A stretch of 64,000 nucleotides of DNA. Origin: Bugula neritina (lineage: Eukaryota; Animalia; Bryozoa). Location of the stretch: contig OZ037768.1 in assembly GCA_964035545.1 (NCBI GenBank), positions 10,138,741-10,202,740 on the forward strand. Reading direction: 5' to 3'. This document shows, in pieces, positions 1 through 12,295 of the stretch. Position 1 is the first letter of the stretch; each line of letters starts with the position of its first letter. A model generated the notes under the pieces. The model had not been told where the DNA came from. It made no database searches and saw nothing but the letters and a program-made list of their open reading frames with translations. Position numbers and translations under genes: made by a program.

Positions 1-718
1 TCATCCACTAAAATATACAAAATATATTTCATATCTAATCCACATTTTACAGCTCACTTTAACTGTTAAATGCATCAACCTGCTGAAAGGTTGCCATTCT
101 AATAACTGGTGAGAATAATGATATGCTTACATGGCAGTCATTGATGATATTGAACTCATGGTCTATCACACACTCAAACACCTTCATTTAAATGTCCATT
201 CAACTAACATCTCATAGATAAACTTGACTATGCCATTATTCATATAATTATTCTAAATCTCTTGAATTATATAGTGAACACTCACACTGACTATAAATCT
301 TTTTAAGGTTTTTACTTGCTCTCTCTGCATCTTTTATTTTAGTATTATATTTTTCCACTTCTTGAATAATCTGCAAAAAAATTAGAAATTCATCAAAAAA
401 CTTATCTCACTTTTGCAATCAACCTATACTTTGTATCAGAAACTTTCTTTAAACTCATCTTTTAGCTAAATGGCTAGACTCTAGAGCATCTATGTGCAAC
501 TAAGTATAATGAAATCGATTTAAATATGTATAATATATTAAAATATTTGTTAAATAAAATTTCGGGTGGTTACAAATTAACAAAGGCAACAAAAAAGCAA
601 ATTATTAGAACTACCATCTACTTGTTACCTTGACATCTACAGCTTTGTTAGTGTCTTTGCCACATAAAAACTTTTCTAATAGAGCAACTCTATCATCAAA
701 TGAGCTCAGTTTTTCCAT
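1..718 (-). CDS. DCTN3: Dynactin subunit 3 (p22/p24)-like, N-terminal exons 718-629, 370-286, 7-<1 (gene runs off the left edge)
   Basis: Phase-consistent GT-AG exons translate MEKLSSFDDRVALLEKFLCGKDTNKAVDVK|IIQEVEKYNTKIKDAERASKNLKKIYSQ|LD.., resembling the DCTN3 N-terminus (LQARVEELERWVYG...VKILYKKIEDL). Not in the ORF track; identified from memory of the family. Confidence 0.65.
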
Positions 719-1254
719 GACCTTTTTCTACAAATAGAAAGCAAGTACGAGTTGGCTTGATGAAAAAAGTTGCACGAAAAACTTCTTAACTAGTGGATAA
801 GTTTATTTATCATTGATATTAAGGCACAGATTCATGTCACCCTATAACCATTTATATTTTCATTTTTAAGACAAGATGTCTGTCTTGAAGGATCAGCAAT
901 AAAAGAACACCCAATTATGCATTTACAATAACAGCCTCAGTCATAAAACTAATTCTCCAAACCACAATGTCAATTACTCTAGGCTCTTGACTGTGAGCCA
1001 TAATATTAAAAAGTGTCATACACTATAAATGCAAGTTTTCAAAAACAAAAGCCGTGACAATATTTTAGTGCGTGAGAAAGAGAGACCATAATTTTTTCAT
1101 CATGCTTTCCATTTAAATTGTTTAATAAATAATGCTCAACTCAAATTGATGTTCATCATTTTAGCTAAAAAGTTTTTCAAAGTAAAAAATAATCAAATGC
1201 AATAGTTATTATTCCAATGTAACTGATTACTAAATAATGATAAAAAATTTATAA

Positions 1255-2530
1255 ATATTCAAGTAATACTATTACTATTAGCATTATAATTTGTTTACAT
1301 TATAATATTCATAATAATTACCATCATTTTTATACTATTTTAGCCAGCCATCATTATGATTATCAATATCATATTTTAATTTATTGTGAGGCTGAGCCTC
1401 ATTTTATTATTCATTGTGATACTGATAGTGATTGTCATTGACTAATAAGATTGAGACTTTGAGTGTTACTGTTTGTCATTGCGATTGTGATCGTCATCAT
1501 CAGATGCAGTTTATAAATGGTCTCAAAAATGGAGAATACCCTTCAATATCACCAAATGCCATGCGATGAGTTTTAATACTACAGATACACTTCCAACATA
1601 TAAGCTTGGACAGGCAAGTATCCCATGGGTGGACAGCACTAAGTACCTAGGGGTCACTCTGCAGCAAGATCTTAATTTTAATCAACATATTTCTCAAAAG
1701 ATAGATAAGGCAACAAAAATTTTTGGAGCTACTAAGTATACACTAAACTGTGCCCCAATACCAAGCAAGCTGCTGGCTTACACTAGCTTATGTAGGCCAA
1801 TACTAGAATATGCTGACACTTTATGGGACCCTGCAAAAAAGCACACAGCAGAACAAATTGAAAACGTGCAACGAAAAGCTGCACGTTTCATCAGCAACCT
1901 AAGAGGGAGAGAGAGTGTGAGCGACGCAAGACAGCGGCTTGGTCTCCTACCGCTAGTTGACAGGAGAAAGAACCACAGAATCACCTTACTGTTACGCATT
2001 CTACGAGATGAACAACGCCACCATGTACTCTCATCTAGCTATGATGAAATTCTCAAGCCCCGTGCAGATGCTAATATGACAACCCGTGCTGCCAGCAGAG
2101 GAGAACTAACGTCAATCTGGGCTAAATCCAAACTCTGCTATGACAGTTTCCTCCCACAAACCATACGTGACTTGAGGGTAACAAAGAACTAACAACCAAA
2201 ATCAGCGAAATGCTGTAAAATCCAGTCACTCTGAAACACACTGTTTTGTTATAAAGAGGCATTTTTTTGCACAGTTTGTGATCCAGAATGTACTATGGAC
2301 GTCGGGCAAGTATCATGATGATCAAAATTATCATGTTCATAATTATCATTATATTCCATGATTTTGAATAATTAATCATCATCATCAATGATCATCTTGA
2401 TCATTATCATGCTGAACTTGAAGTTGATATTCATATTGGGTTATTCAATTTCATATTTAAATACATATTCATATTGATCTACTTCTACTTCTAGTTTAAG
2501 TTTTACTTATAGTTATAATCATAATGTTTT
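1255..2530. repeat. Phase-locked degenerate 3/6-bp tract 5' of the DCTN3-like CDS (1255-1500 and 2310-2530), split by a LINE
   Basis: taatactattactattagcattat, gatactgatagtgattgtcattgac, atcatgttcataattatcatt, acttctacttctagtttaagttttacttatagttataatcat. Confidence 0.7.
1503..2310 (+). mobile_element. 5'-truncated non-LTR retrotransposon (CR1/L2-type LINE): RT thumb and C-terminal end of ORF2 (1503-2192) plus 3' UTR
   Basis: Open frame from 1503: WSQKWRIPFNITKC..KYLGVTLQQDLNFNQHI..AYTSLCRPILEYADTLWDP..IENVQRKAARFI..LGLLPLVDRR..SFLPQTIRD, typical of CR1-clade ORF2 C-termini; no introns; higher GC than flanks. Confidence 0.9.
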
Positions 2531-2949
2531 AGTTTATGTTTTTTCATTTGTTTTCTTCAACTAGCATTTCTAATTACATTTTTATGCTTTAAAAAACTGT
2601 AGAATTTCAATCTATAATATTAACTGAAACAAATAATATTAATAAATTATATCTAATTGTATGTTAATTTTATGATGCCATTTTTATCGACTTGACAATG
2701 TCAGAGTGTTTAATAGGAACTAGGTTAAAGTTGCAGTAATTGGGCAAGCTCAGATGAATCTACCCAATAGGAGTATTTAATACGCACACTGTTCTATCGC
2801 GAATCGAGTTAAAATGATAGTGTCTAGAATCTCTGTTATAAAAGTGGTCATTTGCGGAGACATTCTTCAGTCATAGCAGGTTTAGTGCAAAGTGAGAGTG
2901 GTACACTAAACGCTCTGTATATCGGTGACAGAGTAATATAGTAAAACTG

Positions 2950-3800
2950 CTAGTATCAGTTAAACCATGGATATGACTGATAGTATCAATATGAGGACGA
3001 GTCATAGATTTAGATTAAGTTTTACTTTTAGTTTACCTCATGGCTCATGCCCATGGCCCATGGGTCATGGGACCTAGTCACCTACATCAACACGAACATG
3101 GATCATGGCTCAGCCTCAGCCATAATCATATTCAATCTCATAATCATAATGATTTATATGATTAACTTTTAGTTTTACTTACTTGAATTTAAAATAATGG
3201 TAACAATATGATTATTATACCAATATCAATATGATTATGATACAATAATTATGAATATGAATCATTGAATGACTACAACTACAAGTACAAGTATAAGTAT
3301 AAGTATAAGTAAATACTAAATACTAATTCTAATAACTATTACTATAAGTATAAGTAATAACTAATAACTCTAAGTAATAGTTATAGACTTGAAGGAATTC
3401 ATACTCATACTGATAGTCAAACTTAATGTCATAGACATAGTGATAATGGTACTCAGTCTCATAGTCATACTGATACTCATACTGATAGTGATATTGGTAT
3501 ATTAAATTTATTATTTAATGCAATGACAATATGAATATCACTACGGAATTGATTATCAGATCACTATGACTATGAGTAGTATTATGACTAATAATGATGG
3601 TGATACTGGTGTGAGAGGGTGTCTGGTAAAAATGGCACAGTAAAATATATTTATAATTATTGTGATGCTTAATCTTGTGATTGCAATTTTAATTGATTGT
3701 CATGGAACTTATAATAATTGCTGATACTTGAAATGAGAGCTGCAACAATTACAATCAGATTTAGTGCATATAATTATGATGCTCATTTTGATGTGCTTTA
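2950..3800. repeat. Phase-locked degenerate hexamer tract in the presumed first intron of LARP6
   Basis: tacaagtacaagtataagtataagtataag; catactcatactgatagtc; catagtcatactgatactcatactgatagtgatattg; tcactatgactatgagtagt. Confidence 0.8.
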
Positions 3801-5386
3801 TCAGCTGTACTCAAGTAATGTGATCATACTCATAGTAAGTACTCTTACTGCTTGTGTGGCTTTAGTCAAACATTCTCTGAATAAGCATGAATCTTCTCTA
3901 CTGCATTATAGTAAATTATGTTTACTGTTATTACTATTTGTAGCAAGAGCTAAAACCATAATGTAATTTAATTACAATAATGATTAATGTAGAAAAAGTA
4001 TACGACATTCTTATTTGTTTGCTGCATCAAAAACCATTTCACCTAGTGGTTGTACTAGAAACCAAGTGTATACCCTTCTGTAGGTAATTTACCTGCAAAT
4101 AGCTCTAGCAATAGTAAAAACGAAGTTTTTGGTGCATGCCTAGGACATCATATTTGAGGTGCAAATTATGTAATCTTTTAAGAACATCTGTTTGTAATTT
4201 CAATACAATAATGCTTAAGCTAGAAGTATTGTTATAATTCTGCTAAATGTAATATTTATTGCAATTATTGGGTTATGTTTATACCAATATTTAAACAATA
4301 AGTACATCTAATTGTATATATTATGATACTCATACTCATACTGACTTTCAGTTGTATTCAACTGGTGTAATTCTTATGTTTACCTAAAACTAATAGTTAT
4401 AGTAACACTAAGCCTAATATTTAATGTCAAATCTCATAGGTGGTTATATAAAAACAGATAATGTAGAGTAGCTATAAACTGTTGATATGCTATAGAAATT
4501 CACTTAGAGTCTAGCATCTAACTGCTAACAGGCTTTTCTTTTGACTTGGACACATTTGAAACTTCAATAATAACCAAGATCTATATTTACGAAATTTAAT
4601 AGTAAGATTAATAAAACGAATGGCAAGAACAGTGTACTAACTAGTAGACTGGACAGATGTATATTTTATTTACATATTGGTATTTACAGTTGACAAATAT
4701 CATAATGGTTGTGTTGTGTTGTGTTTCATTTAAACTAACACCAATTTATTTGAAATAGGTATATTTGTCACATTTAGCTGCAACTTTCATTATCTTTGCA
4801 TGTTATTAGTTTTCAGCAGTTTTTAAATAATTTGTGTATGTAAAATATTAAATTGGACAACCCTGATCAATAAACCTACATCAGTTAGTCAAATTGTTAT
4901 TACTAGTTTTTGCCCCACTCATCTAATTTCATTAGCAACAACAATGTCATTAGTAATTTACATTTGAAGAAGCTGAAACTGGGCAGTCATTTAGACATAA
5001 TACTATGAAGTTTTCACTTTATAATGTCAAATACTTAATCTAATTCGTGCTTGTGTAGTTGGTGTTTTGAAGTCTACTGTATTCAATTAAATAAGCCTAT
5101 GCGTTGTCATAACATGTGTCATGATTGCGAACATCATCATAATTTCGTAATTAGATTACTAGGCCTGACCTTACTAATACTTCACCCAGCATCATTTTAG
5201 CATTGTTTTTATATATTGCTTGCTATGCAATGTGAATGGAACGGTTAGTTGTTAAATAAAATATGAAAGCGTAATAATACATCAGCATGCTTTATTAATT
5301 TATACTGCAACATTTTTAGGCACTTGGATACACCTGGCTTATCTGGCAGACCAAAAGACTATTTAGTGTGCTTTGAATCAGAAGGC

Positions 5387-8197
5387 ATGGAGCCATCTTC
5401 ATCAGCACCTTCTGCACAAAACAATGAGATCCGTGTGGTCGTCACTAATACAGTTGATGGCACATCCTCCCAATCCTCTAGTCCGGAAGAGGATGCACTT
5501 GGCACAAAGGTGGCATCGCCTTTAAAAACGCTTCGAGTTGAGCAGCTGAAAGAGGAAGTCTGCTCTTCACCCGGTTCCTCTGCTTATAATAGTGAAGATT
5601 CAGAGTTCTCCGATACAGATATCATAAACAGACTTGGGGAGTTTGTTCCTCCCGACGATGAACTTGCTTTAAATATTGCCCACCAGGTAATTTGCTATGC
5701 ATCTTGTGCAAGTAGCATTAGCATTGAACTGAAACATGTTCTAGAAAGTTTATAGTAACTACTGTATTCAACTAACTCACTCAAATGCAGCTGTTACCCA
5801 TTTTATTAGTACTTACTACTTACTCTATCTGTAAGGTGACATTTATCATACACAGTTAGAATATAGTCTGTTGCTCATGGTTTGACAATGGTATTGCTCA
5901 GTTATAACTGTTGTCTCCTGCTGATAAACGTGCATCGTTTGCAGTTAAGTGATTCGAAGCTGTCAAACAAGTCACCTTCGTGTCAATAATGTTGTCATGT
6001 ATGCATGTAAATATCCATAGTGTTGAGTAAGGCTCATTATTTTGCAAAGTTTCACTTGCAAAATAATTGATCATCAGCATGCGTGCCAATGCAACTGCAA
6101 ATTTAGTAGTGAATCATGACGACTTGAGGTATTTGAATCACACATGTGTAATAGGGAAGGGGCTTGTTTTTAATATTCTTTAATAACAGAATCAGGAAAT
6201 TCATAGTGGACTAGATGTTTACACTTGACTTGTTATTTATGAAGTAATGCCATCTTGTTTATGCGCTGCTGTTTTCAATTTGATATTGATGTCACATACC
6301 GGCTAGCAAACATATTTGTTTACGCAATTGAGGGGGACATTAGGTATTATTGAATCCTTATCTGCTCTAACCTACTAACTGCATGCTCCTGTAAGTGGCC
6401 CCTCGATTGAGAGTTGACTGGCAGCTCTAATGCAATTGAAAATTTATTCAATATAAATAGCAAATGCTGCTCGTGAGGTTTTATGGCCCTGTGCTTTGAG
6501 CGAAGTTACCTACATCTTTTTCACTAGGCTTGAGAAGTGTTGATAATTGATGGCCTGTTATCTGTGTCATCACGCTTGACTGGTAAATAATATGCAGTGC
6601 TCATAATGCACACCTAACAATAGCATGTGCAGACTTTCACACGGGCTGCTGTGAGGATGTGTACACGTGTAAATGTGGAACTTTTCTGGTTCACTTCCTT
6701 ATGCTGAGCTGGCAACACCAGTATTATCATTTGTAACATTTAAATATGGCATTGTGTTACTAACAATGTCAAACATAAGGATTAGTAAACCAGTAGCACA
6801 GGGAGATAATACTTGCATCATAAAAATAGCATAACAACCTAACCAAGAGGTAGGTGCAGTAATGAAGAAATTGAAAAAAGCCTGTGTTCTAGATTAGAAG
6901 TGTAGCAAAAGAGGTTATGTTCTTGCCCCAAACCAAAATCTATAAAAAATTTAAAGAACTTAGGCTATTTCAATTTCCCCCCCCCCTCTACTGCACCTAA
7001 ATGTTTACTAATTTGTTTATCACCAGCAATGTCAATTTATTTTTGTTTTAGATGGATTTTTACTTTTCCGATGCCAACATTCTAAAAGATTCATTTCTTC
7101 TCAAACATGTCAGGAGAAATAAGGAAGGTTATGTTAATCTCAAATTAATAACCAGCTTTAAGAAGATGAAAGCTTTAACCAAAGACTATAGGGTGGTAGC
7201 ATACAGTCTAAGGAAATACTCTAAAGTTTTGTTGGTAAACGAGGCTGGCAACAAGGCCAGGAGACACGATCCATTACCAGATTATGATGAGACTAAGTCT
7301 TCTCGAACTGTCATTGCTTTCAACCTCCCTGAAGAGCAAAAACTCACTACAGAAACCATTTCATCCCTGTTCAAGCATTGTGGTGATATTGCAATGGTGC
7401 AAATTATTAAGCCAGGCAAATCAATATCTAGTGACATTAAAAAGCATGTAAGCAAGCACATTGAAGATGGGGAAACTGTGTGTGCTGTTATTGAATTTGA
7501 GAAACATGAAAATGCTGTCAAAGCCCTGAGTCTGTCCGCTGACCCCAGCAAATCTCCAGACAAGACATTGAAGGTTGTCATGTTGAATGCGCCTGCAGCT
7601 AAGGTCAAGGCTGGAGACGATTCGGAGAGCGATTCTGAGTTCCAGCAGAAAAGACGAAACAAAAAGAAAACAGTGCGCAGTGCCGAAAGGGACAGAGAAG
7701 GGTTTAGCAGTGGGTCAGAAGGTGACTTCCTAATGCCTCGACCTCGGAATACCTCATTTGGATCTGAAAACGGGAAAGTGTCTCGAACAACACTCAGTCC
7801 TACTCATGCTGAAAGGTCTTGGAATTCACCCAATGGCAACGGTAATTCTAACCAACGAAGGCGGAGTGTGCCCCTACCACAATCTCCACTAGCAGACCCT
7901 TCTAAGAATTCACCAAAAGCTTCTCCAAAGCCTTCTCCTAAAACTAGCCCTAGAGCTTCACCAGAAATGAGGCGTCGTGCCAACTCTGGGGGTATGGCTG
8001 CCGCATCCGATCTTAGTAACAGTCCTTGGGTACAGCGCCGTATGCAGGCAAGTCGAGAGATGAGTCCACTAGCTAAAGCTGGAAGTCGTAAAGCTGAAGC
8101 TGTTATACGGGCACCCAGAGGCCCTGAATCTGACAAAGGAAAAGGTTTTTATGGTGGTCATGGGAGGGGAAAGCCTCTCCAGACTGTAACATGCTAA
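5387..8197 (+). CDS. LARP6: La-related protein 6 (Acheron); exons 5387-5686 and 7052-8197, ~481 aa
   Basis: La motif QMDFYFSDANILKDSFLLKHVRRNKEGYVNLKLITSFKKMK, RRM (SRTVIAFNLP..CAVIEFE), C-terminal LSA motif SPWVQRR..VIRAPRGP..KGF; CAG|GTAATT donor and TTTAG acceptor. The frame is open back to an acceptor at 5320, so the start could lie further upstream. Confidence 0.92.
6851..6999. mobile_element. MITE family A, copy 1 (TA-GGTGCAGTA...TACTGCACC-TA)
   Basis: 11-bp terminal inverted repeat including TA; internal sequence shared with 36060-36221 and 45499-45635. Confidence 0.75.
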
Positions 8198-9112
8198 TTA
8201 TTATAAATAGGATATATAGATCATGCAATTTCTGCAGTATCAATTCACCATTATATCCACATTTTTGTATAGACTAGATAGAAATGGATACAGTCTATTT
8301 TCCATTTACGTTAATGTCTCCACAGCTGATGTGCAATTGTTGAGTGGTATACTTTGGCAATAGAAATGAGTTTCATCCACTGCCAGGATCTTTTTCAGGG
8401 AAACTTTATATTTGTTTTCATATATTTTGTATTTTAGTATCAAACAAATAATTCATAGCAGATGCTGATATTGAACACTTTTTTATCTAGCAACTATTTA
8501 TCGATTTATTGGTTTGTCCTGTAACTGAATACAAAGAAATGTCCATCCCAACATGCATTTCAATTGTATTTACCTTTATTGCCCCAAAGAGTATTGTTAT
8601 CACAGTTAGTAACAAAACTATTTTTACAGCTTTTGCACCTTGAAAAGTTATGCTAATAAACTAGTAAATGATTGTATCTGTTAATATTTGGATTCAGCAA
8701 ATGTGGTCAACAGAAGCTTGAATTAACATTTTGTGTAGTTATTTCCTGGTTATAAGTGCTTGCACCGTTGAGCATGACTGTTTCTAAAATATTTCTATTA
8801 TACAAATAAATTATCAAATAAAGCTTGCATCCCATGAGGAGGTAACTTTTAAGCAAGTCCAATTGACATGAAACCACAACTTTATCATGAAAAGCAGCTA
8901 GAAAATGAGTTTAGATTTTTCTTATTACTAAATGCAAGAGTATAAAGCCTAGGCCTTACAAAGCGAACTTGCCACTCTTTTGATGATTGAAAGATTAATT
9001 TTATTTTATCAATTGCAATTTCAGAAACAAAGAAAACTTGTCAACCACTCTAAAACTAAAATGATCAAGTCTGGTCATACTAATAAAGTATAAGTAGATA
9101 ATATATTGTCAT

Positions 9113-10428
9113 TTATTGTAATCTGGGAACAGGGTGTATCAGTTGTTGTGGCTGCTGGCACATATTCACTATCTTGTCAGTAGTGCTAAGGCTATCTCCA
9201 GATAGTCTTAGGACCTTTGGATAAAAAGAGATTAATTGCAAAATAAATCAATATCTCCAGAGATGCACCAGTTATAATATACACCTATGTTGACGGAAGT
9301 GATGCAGGCATTAAACCATCAAAAGTAGATGAATGAATTATAATTTTGCAACCAAAACATATATAATAGTATAAAATAAGCTTTGTATGTAACTCAATTA
9401 CTTTGAAGTATAGCAAGTGTTTACGAAAATTGTAAGGTAGGCAACACAAGATTGACTATTGCAAGCAAATTTTCATATGCACACCAATTCATAGTTTGTA
9501 TTTTGCAATGTAACTTAAATCAAGTTTGGTTATGCAAAATACTTTAACCAAAGCTCTTTTCAACTTGTTCTTGATTATTTTTGAGTGTGTGGTATAGTCA
9601 GTAATTTAACCGATTGTATTGTTTTTGAGAAGTAGGATAGAAGTTTTCTTGGAAGCAGAGGAAGTATACATGTTCTGCTAAGTGATCTATGAATGGTACA
9701 TGTATACAATATACTTACTGCAAAGTAGTAATAGCAGCCTTGGTTATATGCATAATACTTGTCTGCAAGAGAATTTGGCTAAATCTATTTATAAATAACC
9801 CAGAAAAGGAAGAAAATAAGCCAGAAATAAAATTTTACAACTATCATGCTTTTATTTAGCGGTGTTTCATATTTTCCGACATAAAGGAAACTGGATTTTT
9901 TTGTAAAACTTGTTCAAAAAAATGTTTAAGTTTTAAGCTAGTGCTTGTTAAAAATAATAACAATATATATAATTGGTACCATGAAAACTGTCGTTGGAAA
10001 TATTTTAAATTTTGTTTTTGGTTTGATTTGAGCAGAGCTTGTCAAGTGAAACAGAAATTTTTTGTATAGTTTTGCAACATTAACATTATGCTGATAACTC
10101 CACGCCCAAAAGCAATTAATCTGCATGAGATTAAACTGATTAACGATGAAAACTAACGCAAGTTTTAAGCTCATCTTATGAGATTTTAAAAGATATTTAT
10201 AGTCTAAGCTCCATTAGGTGGATATTAATGTCTGATATTTTTGTAAATCCAAATTAATTAATACCTTATACTATATTGCATTTTGATTTGTTTGTTTTAG
10301 TTTGAGATAATATGATCAAATTATTGTTGAAAAAATGCATTGCATGAAGCCGAAAATAAAATGTTTACCTTCTTTGTCAACTACATAATTCTTGGTGCAA
10401 GAACTTTGCCAATGTCAAATAAGTAATG
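9113..10428 (-). other. Putative small multi-exon transcription unit (exons ~10403/10428-10369, 9762-9719, 9214-9113); coding status uncertain
   Basis: Strong minus-strand splice signals (AAG|GTAAAC, TTCTCTTGCAG, GCA|GTAAGT, CTCTTTTTATCCAAAG); phase-consistent peptide SCTKNYVVDKEDKYYAYNQGCYYYFAVLRLSGDSLSTTDKIVNMCQQPQQLIHPVPRLQ*; AATAAA overlaps the stop. Confidence 0.35.
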
Positions 10429-11124
10429 CTAAATAGTGCTTGGCAACAAAATTTATGTCGTAGTATAATTCAAAAGTTGCAAAATATTTTATTCGTACAG
10501 TGGCACATTGGTAGAGAATTACATTGCTTCTAAATATTAGGTCATATTTGTATAGACATATTATAACATTTTATGATCAGCAACAGCGTAGAAAAAATCA
10601 CAAATATTAAACGGTTTAGTTTAAATACATACAATTTTTCATGACTGATTTCTAAAGTTAAGAGTTCACAAATTACTCAACATAAATTTTCAAAGTTGTT
10701 TTTTTTACCACAAGCACTAAAGTTGTTTAAGAGCTTTTGTTTTAGCCAACTCATTACTTAGCATTTAAATGAGATTGTAAAACATGGAATATGTGTTATA
10801 TTAGAAAAACATAAAGGCATTTTTGCTTTAGGAGCAAAAATTAAGTCATGCCCAATAGGAGAAATGGCAGGGTTCAAAGATCACGTTACTGGTTTTAGGC
10901 TTATATAACTTAAATAAAATTGTTAGAAAGTTAGTTATAATAACTGTAGAGCCTAGTTATAATGAATGATCATTTGCAAATAGCATATAATAATTATTAT
11001 GACCATTGTTATACGCTATACAGTACATGGGACAGTACAGGACATGGCAGGATGCACCTAGAGTTATCTCCACAAGTTTGTTGCTACATCACGTGTTGGT
11101 CATGTGGGAGGCGTCAATTGTAAC

Positions 11125-12190
11125 TTTCACTTTGCTTTTTTTTAAATTTTCATATCGACATTCATATTCATATTGATATTGTAATTGCAGAATGAGAATA
11201 TCTAAAATTTAACAATTTATCTTTATACTACTATACATATAATACTGATGGTGGTTAATATTTTGCTCAGGACTTGATTAACCTCCTAGAGTGAATTTCT
11301 TTTAATAAAGTATAAGTATTACTATTACTATTAGTAATACTAATACTAATAGTAATAGTAATAGTATTACTATTACTATTAGTATTACTATTAGTATTAG
11401 TATTGCTATTACTATTAGTATAACTATAAGTATAACAATTATCTTTATGTCTTATGATGCAGATATTCATATTGATAATCATAATGATAATAAACACAGA
11501 ATGAGATATATATTTAGAAGCTGCCAAACTTTTGTTTCATAAAATTTATACTTATAGTTAGACTAATAGTAATAGTAATAGTAAAACTAATATTAGTAGC
11601 TGTCTAATACTAATAGTATTGGTAATACTTATACTTATATTAACAGTAATACTACATCTTAAACTAATACTTATACTATTATTATAATAGTATAGTAGAG
11701 ATCAGAGATTAGGGAGCAGCCGTGATCTAGGGGTTAGAGCCGTTTGCCTAGTAAACACGAAGGTCATTGGTGATGTTAGGAAGAGCATCCAGTCATATCA
11801 TAATTGCTCCTGTGCCTCATTTAAGTAAGTCCTTAGCCCGCTTTAACAAAAACCCTTTCTATCAGGGGTTTCTCACAGGGATAGTGACTATAAACTTGCG
11901 TGAGTTATTAGAGATCAGAGATTACTATTAATGTTACTATTAGTATTACTTTAACTAAATGTTTATTATTATAGTTACAGTTAGTTACAGTTATTGCTCT
12001 TAGATTTTGTTTTATATTAGATATTTATAACTCATCAGTAAAAATCATAATATTATTTTCGACGACGAGTGATGGCTTATGACTATTAGCCTACTATGTG
12101 ATATGAGTTATGTTTTACTTGAATCAGTGTAGCTGAATCCCACATACTCATAGTTACTATTCTGGACTTACATACTTATGTTTGTTTAAG
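11125..12190. repeat. Phase-locked degenerate hexamer tract upstream of the GALK2 start codon (presumed 5' intron)
   Basis: agtataagtattactattactattagtaatactaatactaatagtaatagtaatagtattact; aatacttatacttatatt; agttacagttagttacagtt. Confidence 0.8.
11712..11908 (+). mobile_element. tRNA-derived SINE copy 1, with a 16-bp target-site duplication; B-box deleted
   Basis: TAGAGATCAGAGATTA at 11696-11711 and 11909-11924; homologous to 33078-33280; A-box-like GTGATCTAGGGGTTAGAGC. Confidence 0.85.
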
Positions 12191-12295
12191 TTATTTTTTG
12201 TATTTGCTATTGCAGGATAGATCATAAAATATTTTTTCTTCCTTGGTTTTATAAAATTAAATTTATTTTGTATTAGATACAAACTAAGTGATCTA

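Noticed and set aside
7282-8136. Antisense ORFs over LARP6 and over other exons (23395, 24454, 40333, 43971, 50015, 55968)
   Set aside because: Shadows of real coding exons on the opposite strand.
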